DNA of 64,000 nt from Phoronis australis (taxonomy: Eukaryota > Animalia > Phoronida): assembly GCA_002633005.1 (NCBI GenBank), contig NMRA01000040.1, positions 1,113,805 through 1,177,804 of the forward strand, read 5' to 3'. The notes under the pieces are model-generated. The model searched no databases. It had not been told where the DNA came from and was given only the letters and a program-made list of their open reading frames with translations. This document shows, piece by piece, positions 11,433 to 23,362 of this stretch. The first letter of the stretch is position 1; every line of letters starts with the position of its first letter. A program made the translations under genes and the position numbers.

Positions 11433-12444
11433 GTGAGATTGTTGAACCTCTGTATTAGTTACTATACGGTATGTTGTATTGCATCGTATCCTATACGCGT
11501 GATGGTATGGCCATGAAATACGGGTCGTGTTGTGAAGTTTTATATGAAAGAACTACTTTTCCGTTTTCAACACGGATGCCTCTTTTCTCACCAAAATTCC
11601 CATCTGAGCACAATACACAACAATGTATAAAACATGATGATATATATATATATATATATATATCATCAATTTGGGTTTAGCTCCTTATGCAATATTTTGT
11701 CATGCCAATACTATGATATGCGTTTTCAAAACTAAACAAAAACGTGAAATAAAAATATTGTTGACAATTTTTCTTAATATACCTCGAAATTTTGCACCTG
11801 ACCAGAATACTTAAATCACAAAAAGTCTCGAACTTGCCACAATATATTTGGGATTGGGAATGCAATATGCATTTCCAATGCATGCCTCCTTTTGGTCAAC
11901 TATTGCCCTACACTAGTTGAGGTTCTTTACGGTCAAATATGAGTCAATTTTTAAATTTGTTCTCAAAACAATCAAAATACGTCAAGCCCAAAAGCAAAAC
12001 TGCAACTGTAGTAAATAGTGTATTTTTGTCAATTCTATGATAAATTTCGGAATACTTTCAACCTTAAAATGATAAGAACCGCGTGCAAGGAGCATTTTAA
12101 GAAGCGTCTGAACGTGCATCAGCCACAACCTCTGGGTGTCCTGCACAGAATTACTCAACGAAGTCGAGAAAAATGGTCAGAAATGTTAGCAAACTTTGAC
12201 TTAGAAACAGATTTAGATCAATCTGTGAGGAAAATACTGAAAATAGCAGATATGCGCCTCAAGCCTGTAGCTGCTGTAAAATACAACTTGACTGCCGTGT
12301 CATGCAGGCTGCAAAAAATTCATTCATAAAAGTGTTACGTTCACGATCATCATTGATAAAAGATGGCCAACCACACCAAGACGAGCGGAGCAATCTGTGT
12401 AAACCCGCTTCTTTGAAGAATCCTCAGTGGAGCGTATATGATAA

Positions 12445-12608
12445 ATAGGTTATACAACGTACGTGTTTGTACCAGTGTGTTATTATATCTCGATTCGTGA
12501 TTTGCAAAATTATTTGAACTCGGGCTTTGCCCTCATTCAAAAACTTTTGCATATCACGAATCTCGATATGATAACAACTAGTACAAACACGTACGTTGTA
12601 TAACCTAT
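12445..12608. mobile_element. Palindromic non-autonomous element (possibly Crypton-type)
   Basis: ataggttatacaacgtacgtgtttgtac ... gtacaaacacgtacgttgtataacctat with central ctcgggctttgccctc hairpin. Confidence 0.65.
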
Positions 12609-12713
12609 ATGTAGTGTTTTGTATTGTATTGTATTATGTGGTATTTTGGTCTGAATTCACCACACAACATGAACTAGAATTGATGGTTAATAGATCTCCT
12701 TTTTCTTTGCCAG

Positions 12714-12907
12714 TGATCAGCGTACCTGAAGGAGACTTCTTCTTTGATTTTGTGCGTCATCTAACTGACTGGATTAAGAAGGCCCGTCCGACCCGAGAGG
12801 GTCAGCCCACGTCATTCACTTATCAAGTGTTCTTTATGAAGAAACTCTGGTCAACAACAGTACCTGGCAAGGACCTTAACGCTGACATCATTTTCCACTA
12901 CCACCAG
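12714..12907 (+). CDS. MYO7A: Myosin VIIa exon ([23 protein letters not shown]...[10 protein letters not shown]...IFHYHQ)
   Basis: ttgccag| acceptor, |gttagc donor; 194 nt, phase 1 to 0; highly conserved myosin VIIa sequence. Confidence 0.95.
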
Positions 12908-13191
12908 GTTAGCTACTTCATATGCTAAATCAAATCAAGTTGGGGGTGATCCTGATTGTTTTTAACATTGTATAAAACGGTTCTCATTCAAAAGCAATTT
13001 CTTGGTAACTAGACAACACCTGAGTGAAGGAAAAAGCTGTTTTTCCAAACGTCAAACTACCAAAGAGAAGCATTGTCCAAAATTATTTCTTTCCTAACAT
13101 ATAATGGAATGAGCTTGCAATTGCACATGGTAGAGCAATTATTTGTGTAATCACATTACAATACAGTAGTCTTGTAAATTTGTCTGCACAG

Positions 13192-13310
13192 GAACTGCCC
13201 AAGTTGTTGCGAGGTTACCACAAATGTTCTCGAGACGACGCAGTCCTCCTGGCTTCTTACATATTTAGAGTCAAGTTCGGAGATGATAAAGCACTTCTGG
13301 CCAATGTACC
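13192..13310 (+). CDS. MYO7A: Myosin VIIa exon ([40 protein letters not shown])
   Basis: cacag| acceptor, |gtaagt donor; 119 nt, phase 0 to 2; not in the ORF track, read by hand. Confidence 0.93.
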
Positions 13311-13522
13311 GTAAGTGTAAAAAACCAAATGATGTGATTAATGTCCTGTATTGTCATATGTATTGCTTTCTGTGGGTGTCTCCTGATTGGATGAGTATTG
13401 ACACATTTTAAGTTTGTCCCTTGAATTAATTGCAATGAAAAATGCAACAGTTTTCATGTTTTTATGGATACACTGATCAACTGTTTTGGTGCATTTTGTG
13501 TCATGATTGTGTGCTATTACAG

Positions 13523-13706
13523 ACGCCTGTTGCGTGAGCTGCTGCCAATGGACATGGTGCGTGATATGCCACCTGATGAGTGGAAGCGTTCTATCACCCA
13601 GTGCTACATACAGCAGGCAGGCCTGACACAGGAGGAAGCAAAGGTAGCCTTCCTCAAGTACATCTACAAGTGGCCCACGTTTGGATCAGCCTTCTTTGAA
13701 GTCAAG
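13523..13706 (+). CDS. MYO7A: Myosin VIIa exon (RLLRELLP...[13 protein letters not shown])
   Basis: tacag| acceptor, |gtatga donor; 184 nt, phase 2 to 0; [17 protein letters not shown]2/F3 signature. Confidence 0.95.
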
Positions 13707-14055
13707 GTATGAGGCGAGCGAGTTTGTGCCTGGACAGTTCGTCTTTGTTGAATGTTTATGGGGACTGTTGTTTATTTATTGCTTAACACGTTTACATGCC
13801 TTTTAAAAAAACTAAAACTAACATCACTGTTGCAAAATAAGGTATAATGAAATAAAGTAATTAATGCGTCAAATCGTCTTTATAATACCCTTAATGGGCA
13901 TAGTTACTTCATAATTTAAAGTGAAACATGGAATGTGGGTCTATAATCATTGCACAAGTATTTATTAGAATACTTTTTCACGTGTATGCCGTGTATTTTT
14001 TATTTGTCAGTTTTTCAGTTATGTAATGATGTAAATGCTCTTTGCATCTTTCTAG

Positions 14056-14139
14056 CAAACAACAGAGGTCAGCTTCCCAGAAATCCTGTTGATAGCCATC
14101 AACAAGCATGGTGTCAATCTCATACATCCCAAGAAGAAG
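14056..14139 (+). CDS. MYO7A: Myosin VIIa exon ([28 protein letters not shown])
   Basis: tctag| acceptor, |gtaaat donor; 84 nt; FERM F3 lobe. Confidence 0.94.
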
Positions 14140-14572
14140 GTAAATCACCATGTACAAGTTTCTCTGCATTTTATTTTAGTCATTTTTTGATAATGCCATG
14201 TCAAATGGTGCCACAAACGATGTTTACAGTCTTCTTCCATGTCCACACAAACCTGCGATATCTATGGTATAAATAGGCCTCTGGCAGTAGATTTTAGAAA
14301 TGATGTCTGTGGTATCTATACATCTCTTTTTGGGGATATGGCAATTTATACAGCAAGCTTTGTTGATGAAATTTCCAAAATATTTTCTGAGGGTTCACTT
14401 CAAGCAACAACAACAACTTCAGAAGACTGTGGCAGTAATTTGAAAAAGGCATGATAACTATATACAGTTGCTTTCCTCAAAATGTATGCCTCAGCTCTGA
14501 TATCTGACCAGTTGCGGCTGCAGCTGCAAGATTATCTCCAAACAGCATGTTACTGAAAGTCCATTATTTCAG

Positions 14573-14692
14573 GATATCCTGGCCACCCATCCATTCACTA
14601 AGATCTCCAACTGGAGTAGTGGTAACACCTACTTCCATATGACCATAGGGAACTTGGTGCGAGGGAGCAAGCTGCTCTGTGAAACATCTTTG
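14573..14692 (+). CDS. MYO7A: Myosin VIIa exon ([40 protein letters not shown])
   Basis: ttcag| acceptor, |gtgagt donor; 120 nt; near-invariant myosin VII sequence. Confidence 0.96.
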
Positions 14693-14902
14693 GTGAGTAA
14701 ACACTGTACTACTATCATGTGGTATTACATAGCTGGATATCATTTTACCAATTACAGCTTCACTTCCAACAGTTTGGCCTGTAGAGCGAGTAGTAAGCAG
14801 CCCCTCTTGTGTGCGTGGCGCACGCATCACCATGGTAATTTTATGACGTTTTTTGATAGGACAGGTCATCAGTGTAAAAATGCACAGAGCAGGCTGTCTA
14901 AT

Positions 14903-16577
14903 TGGCCTATCGCAAGCTCCGCCTCCTTGCGAAAAGTCTCGTGACACCCGACAAACAAGCAAGATGTCAGAGCCAAATACACAGTCACTAAACGACGTTC
15001 TTGGTGGAATTGATGAGTGTTTTTTGCACTTTCCGAAAACGCTTCGACAAAGACAACAGGCGATACTTTTCAGTTGAGAATCATACGCTCATGACTTAAG
15101 AATTTGTAAATCTAAGACCATGAAAAAATGAGTGTTCGAGGAAAAGTATTTCGGAGCCAGCAAAAATCCAAAGAATCCCACACAGGTTCACCTTCACTTG
15201 AAAACTGACTAAGCCACTGATCCGATATGTTCATGTAAAGCTGGGTAAAGTCGAATTATCTGTACGATGTCATAGATTTAAGGATATTTTGAACAAAATC
15301 AGTGAAGATTTGGCGATATTTTTATTCTGCTGTCTGCTAAATTCCGCTAAATGAAAAGTAGGTCACTACTGATTGTATTCTCCAAGTAAAGTATGTCAGT
15401 CGATAGCACTGTTTATACTTTTCTAATCTTCGAGTGAAATATTTTGATTAAAAAAATCAGGTTCGTAGCTCAGGCACATTCTCATCTTATCCTAGACAAG
15501 CAGTTAGCTCCTGTAGGTCTAGGGCTGAGTCCAAAAGTCAAATTAATGCATAGAATTGGCCGTTTAATTCAGTGCACCATAAAGACATTTAAGTTAAGCC
15601 AACCTTCTGATGAACTTCATATTTTTTGTAGTTTCATTGCGTAAACGTAGTTTGCATTTAATTTTAAACGTAAATGTGGTATGGTAACAAAAGATGACAA
15701 GTCTGGTGTAGTGGCAAAAAGTGGCCTTTTACAAAAATAACTAAAATTGTTTTTTAAAGCTTCATAAATCCACGTGTCATGTTTGAACGACTACAAAATG
15801 AGCTCTCCTTAACTCTACAGGTGTAGTGTATACTAGAGGTTCTGATCAAAAAGTAATTCAATTGTTTATTTTTTTGTGACAACAGCTTGAACAAAGCTTT
15901 GAGTTCAGTAATCTAGTGCCCTCCTAGCATGTGCTGATCGAATATCAATTTTGGTGAAAAGTTCAGTTGAAGGCCAGCCTATGGGTATATGTATAACAAA
16001 AAATGTACCTGTGTTTCGAAGCAGAACAATATCCATTGTAGGTCAAAATAAATGAAAAATAATAAAAATGTCCTTAAAAACAACTTTCCGGGACTACAAC
16101 TAGACTAGTGCTGGGATCCAGCAGATGCCGATACAGAGGCCCCCACACGAGTGAAAATCAGATAGGCCTACAGTATAGCCACCAAACTGAAAACTACGTA
16201 TCTTGGAACAAATATATTTGTGTTAACTTTCGAGTAATCCAGCAACATTGTTAAATTTAGCTGCTCGTGTGTCGTGTGGCCATCCACTGTTTGATCCATC
16301 GTTTACACAGTCAACAACAGTTTTCGGCTTACGGCATTCTTAAAAATGACTGGATATTCTTCTTGAGCTGTGTAACGGCTGTCACACCTACACACGCCAT
16401 ATCAATACCATTTCACCATTCTTATCGCACAATTTTTTTAACTAAAATAAGCTTTACCAACAACGACATTGTTTTTCGGGTAAAATGGCAGCTTGGAAAC
16501 GCAGACAAAGGTATGTCAAGAATGCTGCGTACTGATTGGTTAATTAAGCCATCAGTCATAAGCCTGGCGATAGGTCA
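14903..16577. mobile_element. Internally deleted ISL2EU/IS2EU-like transposon with convergent SWIM(-YqaJ-type) and THAP gene stubs
   Basis: TIR TGGCCTATCGC / GCGATAGGTCA; + strand 14964-15244 (ESYAHD..VRGKVFRSQQK..CSCKAG|gt); - strand 16419-16202 (MVK..YGVCRCDSRY..CKRWIKQ..EQLN..YICSK). Confidence 0.65.
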
Positions 16578-16864
16578 CTTATCTAACCTTTGAAAATTCA
16601 GTTTCAAAGTAAGTTTTTCTGTTAAGTCTGCTTGTTCACAACACATTTATGAACAATTAAATAATTGTATAATTTTTATGGACAATGTCGAGGGTCTTGT
16701 ACACACTATGTTGTGTCCCAGATGATACTGAAGTCTCTTTAAGATCTTGCAAGGTCTAATCATTTCTTTTTTTACTGTTTTTAGTCTGTTTGATGCATTG
16801 TATGCATAAGAGAAGTGTTACCATAATAAGCATGAATGGTGAACCCGTAGCAAAAAATAATAAG

Positions 16865-18121
16865 GAAACCCTGTCTTTTTGCTTGTCAGTGTCCCCTGTA
16901 TCTTTGGAATTCTTGGATGGCTTTCATGAAATTTGGCAAATAGGTTTCTATTTAGGAGGCGAGGACACCTTTTCATTTTTGGATGGCTTTGATGATTTTG
17001 CATCACCTGGTGGCCATTTTTGTCCACCTATTTTGCATATTGCCGTTTTCTCTGTCTGGGCATCGGTGGTTGTATCTCCTAAACCCCTTACAAGATCTTA
17101 TTGAAATTTGGCTGGTGTTTTTCTACTTGGCTGATGACAGATGACGACAAGTTTTGGACTGACCTGAGTACCGGTGTGCCCCCTAGTGGCAATTTCAATT
17201 TTTTACGTTTGCCTCTGTCTCTTTGGAGTTCTTTGACGGATTTTCATGAAATTCGTCAAATAGGTTTTTAATATGGAGGCAATGATGTCATTCCATTTTC
17301 AGGAAAATTTGATGGATTTCATGGCGTCTTGTGGACATTTGCGTCCGTTTTCTGGCGTCCGCCTCTGTATCTGCCATACCACTCACAGTATCGTTATGAA
17401 AATTTACAGATGTGTTGATGATGAGAAGGCCACAGCTAATGTTGACTTTTGGACTGGTCCGACTACTGTGTCGCCCCCTAGTGGCGATTTGTTTTATGTC
17501 CACAGCTGAATCTCCTTAACTTTTTGAAGTAGCTTTGGGAAATTTGAAAGATGTATTCCTGTGGAGCCAATGGCAAACAGTAACGATTGTTTAACTGATC
17601 TAAATACCACTGTGCCCCCTAGTTGCAAAATGTTTTTCATGTTTGTGTCTGTTTCTTCTGATTTCATTAATGTATTTTCATGAAGTTTGGCCAATAGGTT
17701 TCTATTAAGGAGACAAAACACATCTCCTTTTTCAAGCAGATTTGATGTTTTCTGCGTCACCTGGTGGTCATTTGAATTTTTGTTTTTGACGTCTGCCTCT
17801 CTATATCTGCCAAACCACTCAAAGGATCGTTATGGAAATTGTCAGTTGTGTTTTTGATGCAAAGATTACGGCTAACGTTAATTTTCAGATGTTCGGATAT
17901 TCTGGTGCAACCTAGTGCTAATTGTTTTTTTTTCCATTTTCCTCTATATCTTAGGAGTTCATTGGCTTATTTTCATGAAATTTGAATGCTTGTGTATTAC
18001 ACAGACGGTGCCGCCTTCCCAATTTGCTTGGGTTTTATACATTCTGTGCCATCTAATAACCATTTTTATGACACAAAAAAACACTGCCATCGTGGGCGCT
18101 TTTCCACACTCTTTTCTTGTT
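16865..18121 (+). mobile_element. Helentron-type non-autonomous element family A, truncated copy
   Basis: Tandem core repeats (ttcatgaaatttgg, ccccctagtggc); degenerate terminus gtgggcgc...ttcttgtt. Confidence 0.7.
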
Positions 18122-18509
18122 TAAAAATTAAATTCTCAACTGTGTTCGTTTTTTCTTGCTGAAAATTTCGTGAAGGTTATTTTGTTGAACTTTTAGGATG
18201 AAAGCTTTTGCAAAATATGCCAAAGTTGTTTATCATTGTTTCTGACAAGATAAGATCACGCTTAATCGACTGTTGACAAATTCAACAATAGATCTGTCTT
18301 GGCACATGAGCAGCCTGAGCTCTAGGCTTATGATGTGAGATGCTGCTTTGCTGGAGCTTTGGGGGTAAAGTTGCACCGATTCCTAAGGAAAAGTACTAAA
18401 GGTGTAAACCAGGAGTTTTAAAAATGAATCACCCATACTGATACTGAAAGCATTGTCAATCAAAAGTAGGCATTTGTTCATATTGCATGCTGGTGTTATC
18501 TTTTTACAG

Positions 18510-18596
18510 GGTTACAAAATGGATGACCTGCTCACGTCTTACATCAGTCTGATGTTGACAACCATGAATAAGCAGAAGAGTTCAGTGAAGAGATAA
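18510..18596 (+). CDS. MYO7A: Myosin VIIa last coding exon (GYKMDDLLTSYISLMLTTMNKQKSSVKR*)
   Basis: ttttacag| acceptor; GYKMDDLLTSYIS motif; TAA at 18594-18596. Confidence 0.95.
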   Translation, partial: GYKMDDLLTSYISLMLTTMNKQKSSVKR

Positions 18597-20734
18597 TGTC
18601 CTTGTTCATCACTAGGGCGCCTCACTTTGCATTCTGACCTCTTTTGTGAGAGAGCGTTTGGGCAGGGGTGTTGTTAATATTGTTCTCAAAAAATGAAGGG
18701 ACAGATTAGGGAGATGAATGATGTAAGTGACTATCAATGTGTTGATTTGTCGGCAATATTTGGATATAATGTGTCCACATTTTGAAAGCCAGTTTGATGC
18801 GCGTTATTCAGTGTAGAAAACTGATTCTCAAAATGCAGGCACAATATACCCGACTATTACTAACTTCACTATGCATTTTTCACTGAGTAGTAGGAGATTG
18901 ATTGTGAATGCTTTGACTTTAATGTTGGGTGTTTGGTTGCATGTAAATATATGTTCCTTTGTTCATACATGTTAATTTAAGTTTAGTGAATTGCGTGCAA
19001 AGGAGTATTGATGTGAACGATCAATCGGGTCTTGTTAAAAATGACCATGTGTTTTTCATAAATTTTGCACAGCATGTATAAATTGGAATCAAACGTGTGT
19101 TAAGTTTTTAATAAATAGTTTGATTTTCATTTTAACGACTAACATTCCATATTTCCCATGTGTAACTTTTTGTACAATTACGTGTAATGAATCAACTGAG
19201 GTTATGGGACCATATTATATGGAACGTTACATATTGCGGATGCTTTGATCTTATAGCTTTGACAAAGCAAAACTGCATTAGGTATAGTGTGTGCCTTTCT
19301 TTGTATCTGTAATTAGGTACAACTCTAACTGGCATTCCAAAGAATTTGTCTGATTACCAACAGAGGGTGCTGCTATGTGCAGTTTACCTCTTTATTTTGT
19401 TTATGCTCTACGTTAACGGAATGGCTTCTACATATTTATTTCTAAATATTTGCAACAGTCCAAGTTCAGATTGCTGAACTGTTATTTTTATTTAATGAAA
19501 TTGATGTTTTAGGTTGTTCAAATTTTCTGTGATGGTGACAGTTTTTGCATTCCTATTGATCTTGAATGATTTATCTTCCTCAAACAAGTTTTGCTGTAAA
19601 CTATCAGACACTGTTCCGCACTCTCTTGCATTTTGACAGTTATATGTATATTTATACAACTCCTGTGTGTTTCTATTTTTAATCTTGGAATTTAGTAATA
19701 ACTTGAAAGGTAACTAGTTAAAAAAGTTCATTCCTAATTGATCCTAGTGTTTGTAGCTCGAGATAATTCCATTGTCACAAGTTGTTAAAAATGGTAAATA
19801 GCAATAGTGTTTTTAATGAAAACTAGTATGCTTTCTGTACTAAAGTGTGAAGCTATTTTATAACATTAACAGTACTTTTTTCTCTTAGTCATCCATTTCA
19901 CGTTTTATTGTGAAATGGTGTAATATCAATATTGCTTGGATGTTCAAAAGCTTGAAGCACTACAATCCAGTTAACCTATGTGTAACTTTCAAAAGTTAAT
20001 TTGCAGACAACAGTAATAGCCGTTAACTCTATGTGTTTGTCATATTTGATTCTGCTATCAGGTTTGTTGCACATGCATGCTGTGGGGGTACTAATACCTA
20101 GGTAATAGAACCAAAGCTATAATTTTAGTGGTAAGGAAATTGCATATTTACTAACCTGAAGAAATAAATTCTCCAAGCACTTGTGTGTAAGATGTGACGA
20201 ACTTGGTAACTTTTAATTAAAATTTATGCTTGGACATGGTCAAGGTTTAGAGACAGTTCAACGAGTCAATCCAATGCATCTGCAGCTGGTGTGAAATGAT
20301 TTTCTAGGTTGGCAACCATAAACAAGGCTAGATAGTTAGACCTTTCTAACAATATGCAATGTATACTGTGTCACAGCGCCACCATTGGGGTGGAGGATTG
20401 TGGTCCTGTAAACGGATGATGTATGCATGCATGTCTCAGTGTAGGTGGTTGTTGTAAGAATATGGTCCTGGAACAAACTGGAAAAGTACAGAAAATTGCA
20501 TTGTTTGCTTTGATGACATCTTGTTATGTTGAGCAAATTTTAAACCACAAAGGCATTTCTCTATAGATGGAGCAGTGTAATTTTGTATTCCTCAATATCC
20601 AACCAATCAGATGGTCAGACTGTTACTTTGTTCTGTTTATTAATGAGAAGACATGTTACATCATCCTTTCACAGCACTAGTCCTTATAGCTCTGGGAAAG
20701 AGTGTATATGTAATGTACTGTGACAAGCAAATAC

Positions 20735-20740
20735 AATAAA
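20735..20740 (+). promoter_or_regulatory. Candidate polyadenylation signal of MYO7A (implies a ~2.1 kb 3'UTR); alternatives at 19110 and 20163; duplicated at 23259
   Basis: AATAAA followed by GT-rich sequence, after a TE-free AT/GT-rich stretch that starts at the stop codon. Confidence 0.4.
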
Positions 20741-20823
20741 TATATTGTGTTCATAGTGAGTGATCAGACTTTTGTTCCACAACAGTGTGTTGGCCTCCTA
20801 ATATAGGTTTAAGACCATGTGAA

Positions 20824-21524
20824 ACTAGAAAGATTATTGTCACGGTGTGACAATAACGGACTCTGCACGTGGGCATTACTGGAATTATTATGGGAAGTTA
20901 CTGACAGCAACCCGTTTACCAATATCAAAAGGAATTCTTTGAAATTGTAGGAGAAATTACATATTAATTTTTGATGACCTTTCCACTAATTGACCTCTTT
21001 CGGTGCATTATGAGGCGCGATGAGGGAATAATATGAACGCGATTAAAACTGTGGTTAATGCTAAAAATCACAGATGTTTTACTTTAAGAACTTCAGAATA
21101 CAAGATGAATGAATTGGTCAAACTTTCAGAAGAAAAATGCACCTAATGACCCCATGGGTGCACCAAATGACCTCAAAATTCAGAATTCAAACTCAATCGC
21201 ACTTAGTAAACAGATATGTAATTTTGAAGTCTCTAGCTCAAAATCTTTGTTTGCACTCAATGACCTTTGACCTATTATTTCTGATTGGTTAAGCCTATTG
21301 CGAAGTACAGTAGGGTATTCAATTGGTATGTTCCTTGAAAAACGTAAGAGATATAACATTTTGAACGTTACATGACCTTTGCACTAATTGACCCTATTCG
21401 GTGCATTATAAGCGTCCTTGGGAGAATTATTGCAAAGCCCATAAAAAATGTGTTTAATGCTGAGAATCACAGTTGTCTAACGGTTGACACATCAGTATAC
21501 TTGGAGAAAGAAAAGGTCAAATTT
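20824..21524 (+). mobile_element. Helentron-type family B, 3'-deleted copy
   Basis: actagaaag + hairpin ttattgtcac-ggt-gtgacaataa + actctgc; same core as 23363-24676. Confidence 0.7.
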
Positions 21525-22120
21525 ATTATACAGTACAGCGTTTTTTATTTACAAACAAATATGTTGATATACAACTTGGTGAATAGTAATTTTTAAACTA
21601 TATTTACACAGCAATTATATACTTTATTAATTAATAAAGTGTTCACACATACTAGCAGAGAAGGTTCAAGCAATTTTAGTTTTAAAAAGTTCATTACATT
21701 CTATGTACAAATTGCATTCTGTGTGCAAATAAATAACAGTACTCTGGCTGTTAGAGCTGTGTTGCTTCTTGTTCCAATATTCACCTATTGCTTTTTGTAT
21801 AGTTGTAGGCTACTTACTATCTAGTCAAACTGTTTTTTAAGTGAATATAAAACACTGATGTTGGCCAATAGTGAATCAAATACACACAGAAAAACCAGGA
21901 ACCCAAACTAGGAAACGAAACACAAGTCTCCAGATTGCACAGATATCGGGTCCTCAGTAGCTCAGAAGTAAGAGCACTTGAGGCGCAATCTAGAGGCCTG
22001 TGATTCGATTCCCAGCTGGGGTCCCTGATTTTTTAAAACTCCGGTCACGAAAGTTTGTGTGAAAGACAAACTGTTAGCAACATCGGCTCACTCCAGTGAT
22101 ATTTCCTAAAATAAAACCTG

Positions 22121-22798
22121 NNNNNNNNNNNNNNNNNNNNNNNNNNNNNNNNNNNNNNNNNNNNNNNNNNNNNNNNNNNNNNNNNNNNNNNNNNNNNNNN
22201 NNNNNNNNNNNNNNNNNNNNNNNNNNNNNNNNNNNNNNNNNNNNNNNNNNNNNNNNNNNNNNNNNNNNNNNNNNNNNNNNNNNNNNNNNNNNNNNNNNNN
22301 NNNNNNNNNNNNNNNNNNNNNNNNNNNNNNNNNNNNNNNNNNNNNNNNNNNNNNNNNNNNNNNNNNNNNNNNNNNNNNNNNNNNNNNNNNNNNNNNNNNN
22401 NNNNNNNNNNNNNNNNNNNNNNNNNNNNNNNNNNNNNNNNNNNNNNNNNNNNNNNNNNNNNNNNNNNNNNNNNNNNNNNNNNNNNNNNNNNNNNNNNNNN
22501 NNNNNNNNNNNNNNNNNNNNNNNNNNNNNNNNNNNNNNNNNNNNNNNNNNNNNNNNNNNNNNNNNNNNNNNNNNNNNNNNNNNNNNNNNNNNNNNNNNNN
22601 NNNNNNNNNNNNNNNNNNNNNNNNNNNNNNNNNNNNNNNNNNNNNNNNNNNNNNNNNNNNNNNNNNNNNNNNNNNNNNNNNNNNNNNNNNNNNNNNNNNN
22701 NNNNNNNNNNNNNNNNNNNNNNNNNNNNNNNNNNNNNNNNNNNNNNNNNNNNNNNNNNNNNNNNNNNNNNNNNNNNNNNNNNNNNNNNNNNNNNNNNN
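22121..22798. other. Assembly gap (others at 7930, 27183-27202, 34045-34618)
   Basis: Runs of N. Confidence 1.
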
Positions 22799-23362
22799 TG
22801 CATCTGCAGCTGGTGTGAAATGATTTTCCAGGTTGGCAACCATAAACAAGGCTAGATAGTTAGACCTTTCTAACAATATGCAATGTATACTGTGTCACAG
22901 CGCCACCATTGGGGTGGAGGATTGTGGTCCTGTAAACGGATGATGTATGCATGCATGTCTCAGTGTAGGTGGTTGTTGTAAGCATATGGTCCTGGAACAA
23001 ACTGGAAAAGTACAGAAAATTGCCTTGTTTGCTTTGATGACATCTTGTTATGTTGAGCAAATTTTAAACCACAAAGGCATTTCTCTATAGACGGAGCAGT
23101 GTAATTTTGTATTCCTCAATATCCAACCAGTCAGATGGTCAGACTGTTACTTTGTTCTGTTTATTAATGAGAAGGCATGTTACATCATCCTTTCACAGCA
23201 CTAGTCCTTATAGCTCTGGGAAAGAGTGTATATGTAATGTACTGTGACAAGCAAATACAATAAATATATTGTGTTCATAGTGAGTGATCAGTCTTTTGTT
23301 CCACAACAGTGTGTTGGCCTCCTAATATAGTATGAAAAGAGACAGGTTTAAGAGCATGTGAA

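Noticed and set aside
16865-18121. Regularly spaced motif array resembling CRISPR
   Set aside because: The intervening sequences are homologous to each other; this is a Helentron tandem core
21948-22028. tRNA gene (also 25116-25197 and 5601-5659)
   Set aside because: A/B boxes present but stems and anticodon arm do not fold properly; repeat-derived
22045-22876. Long ORFs (240-264 aa); likewise 34021-34800
   Set aside because: Artefacts of N-runs translated as X
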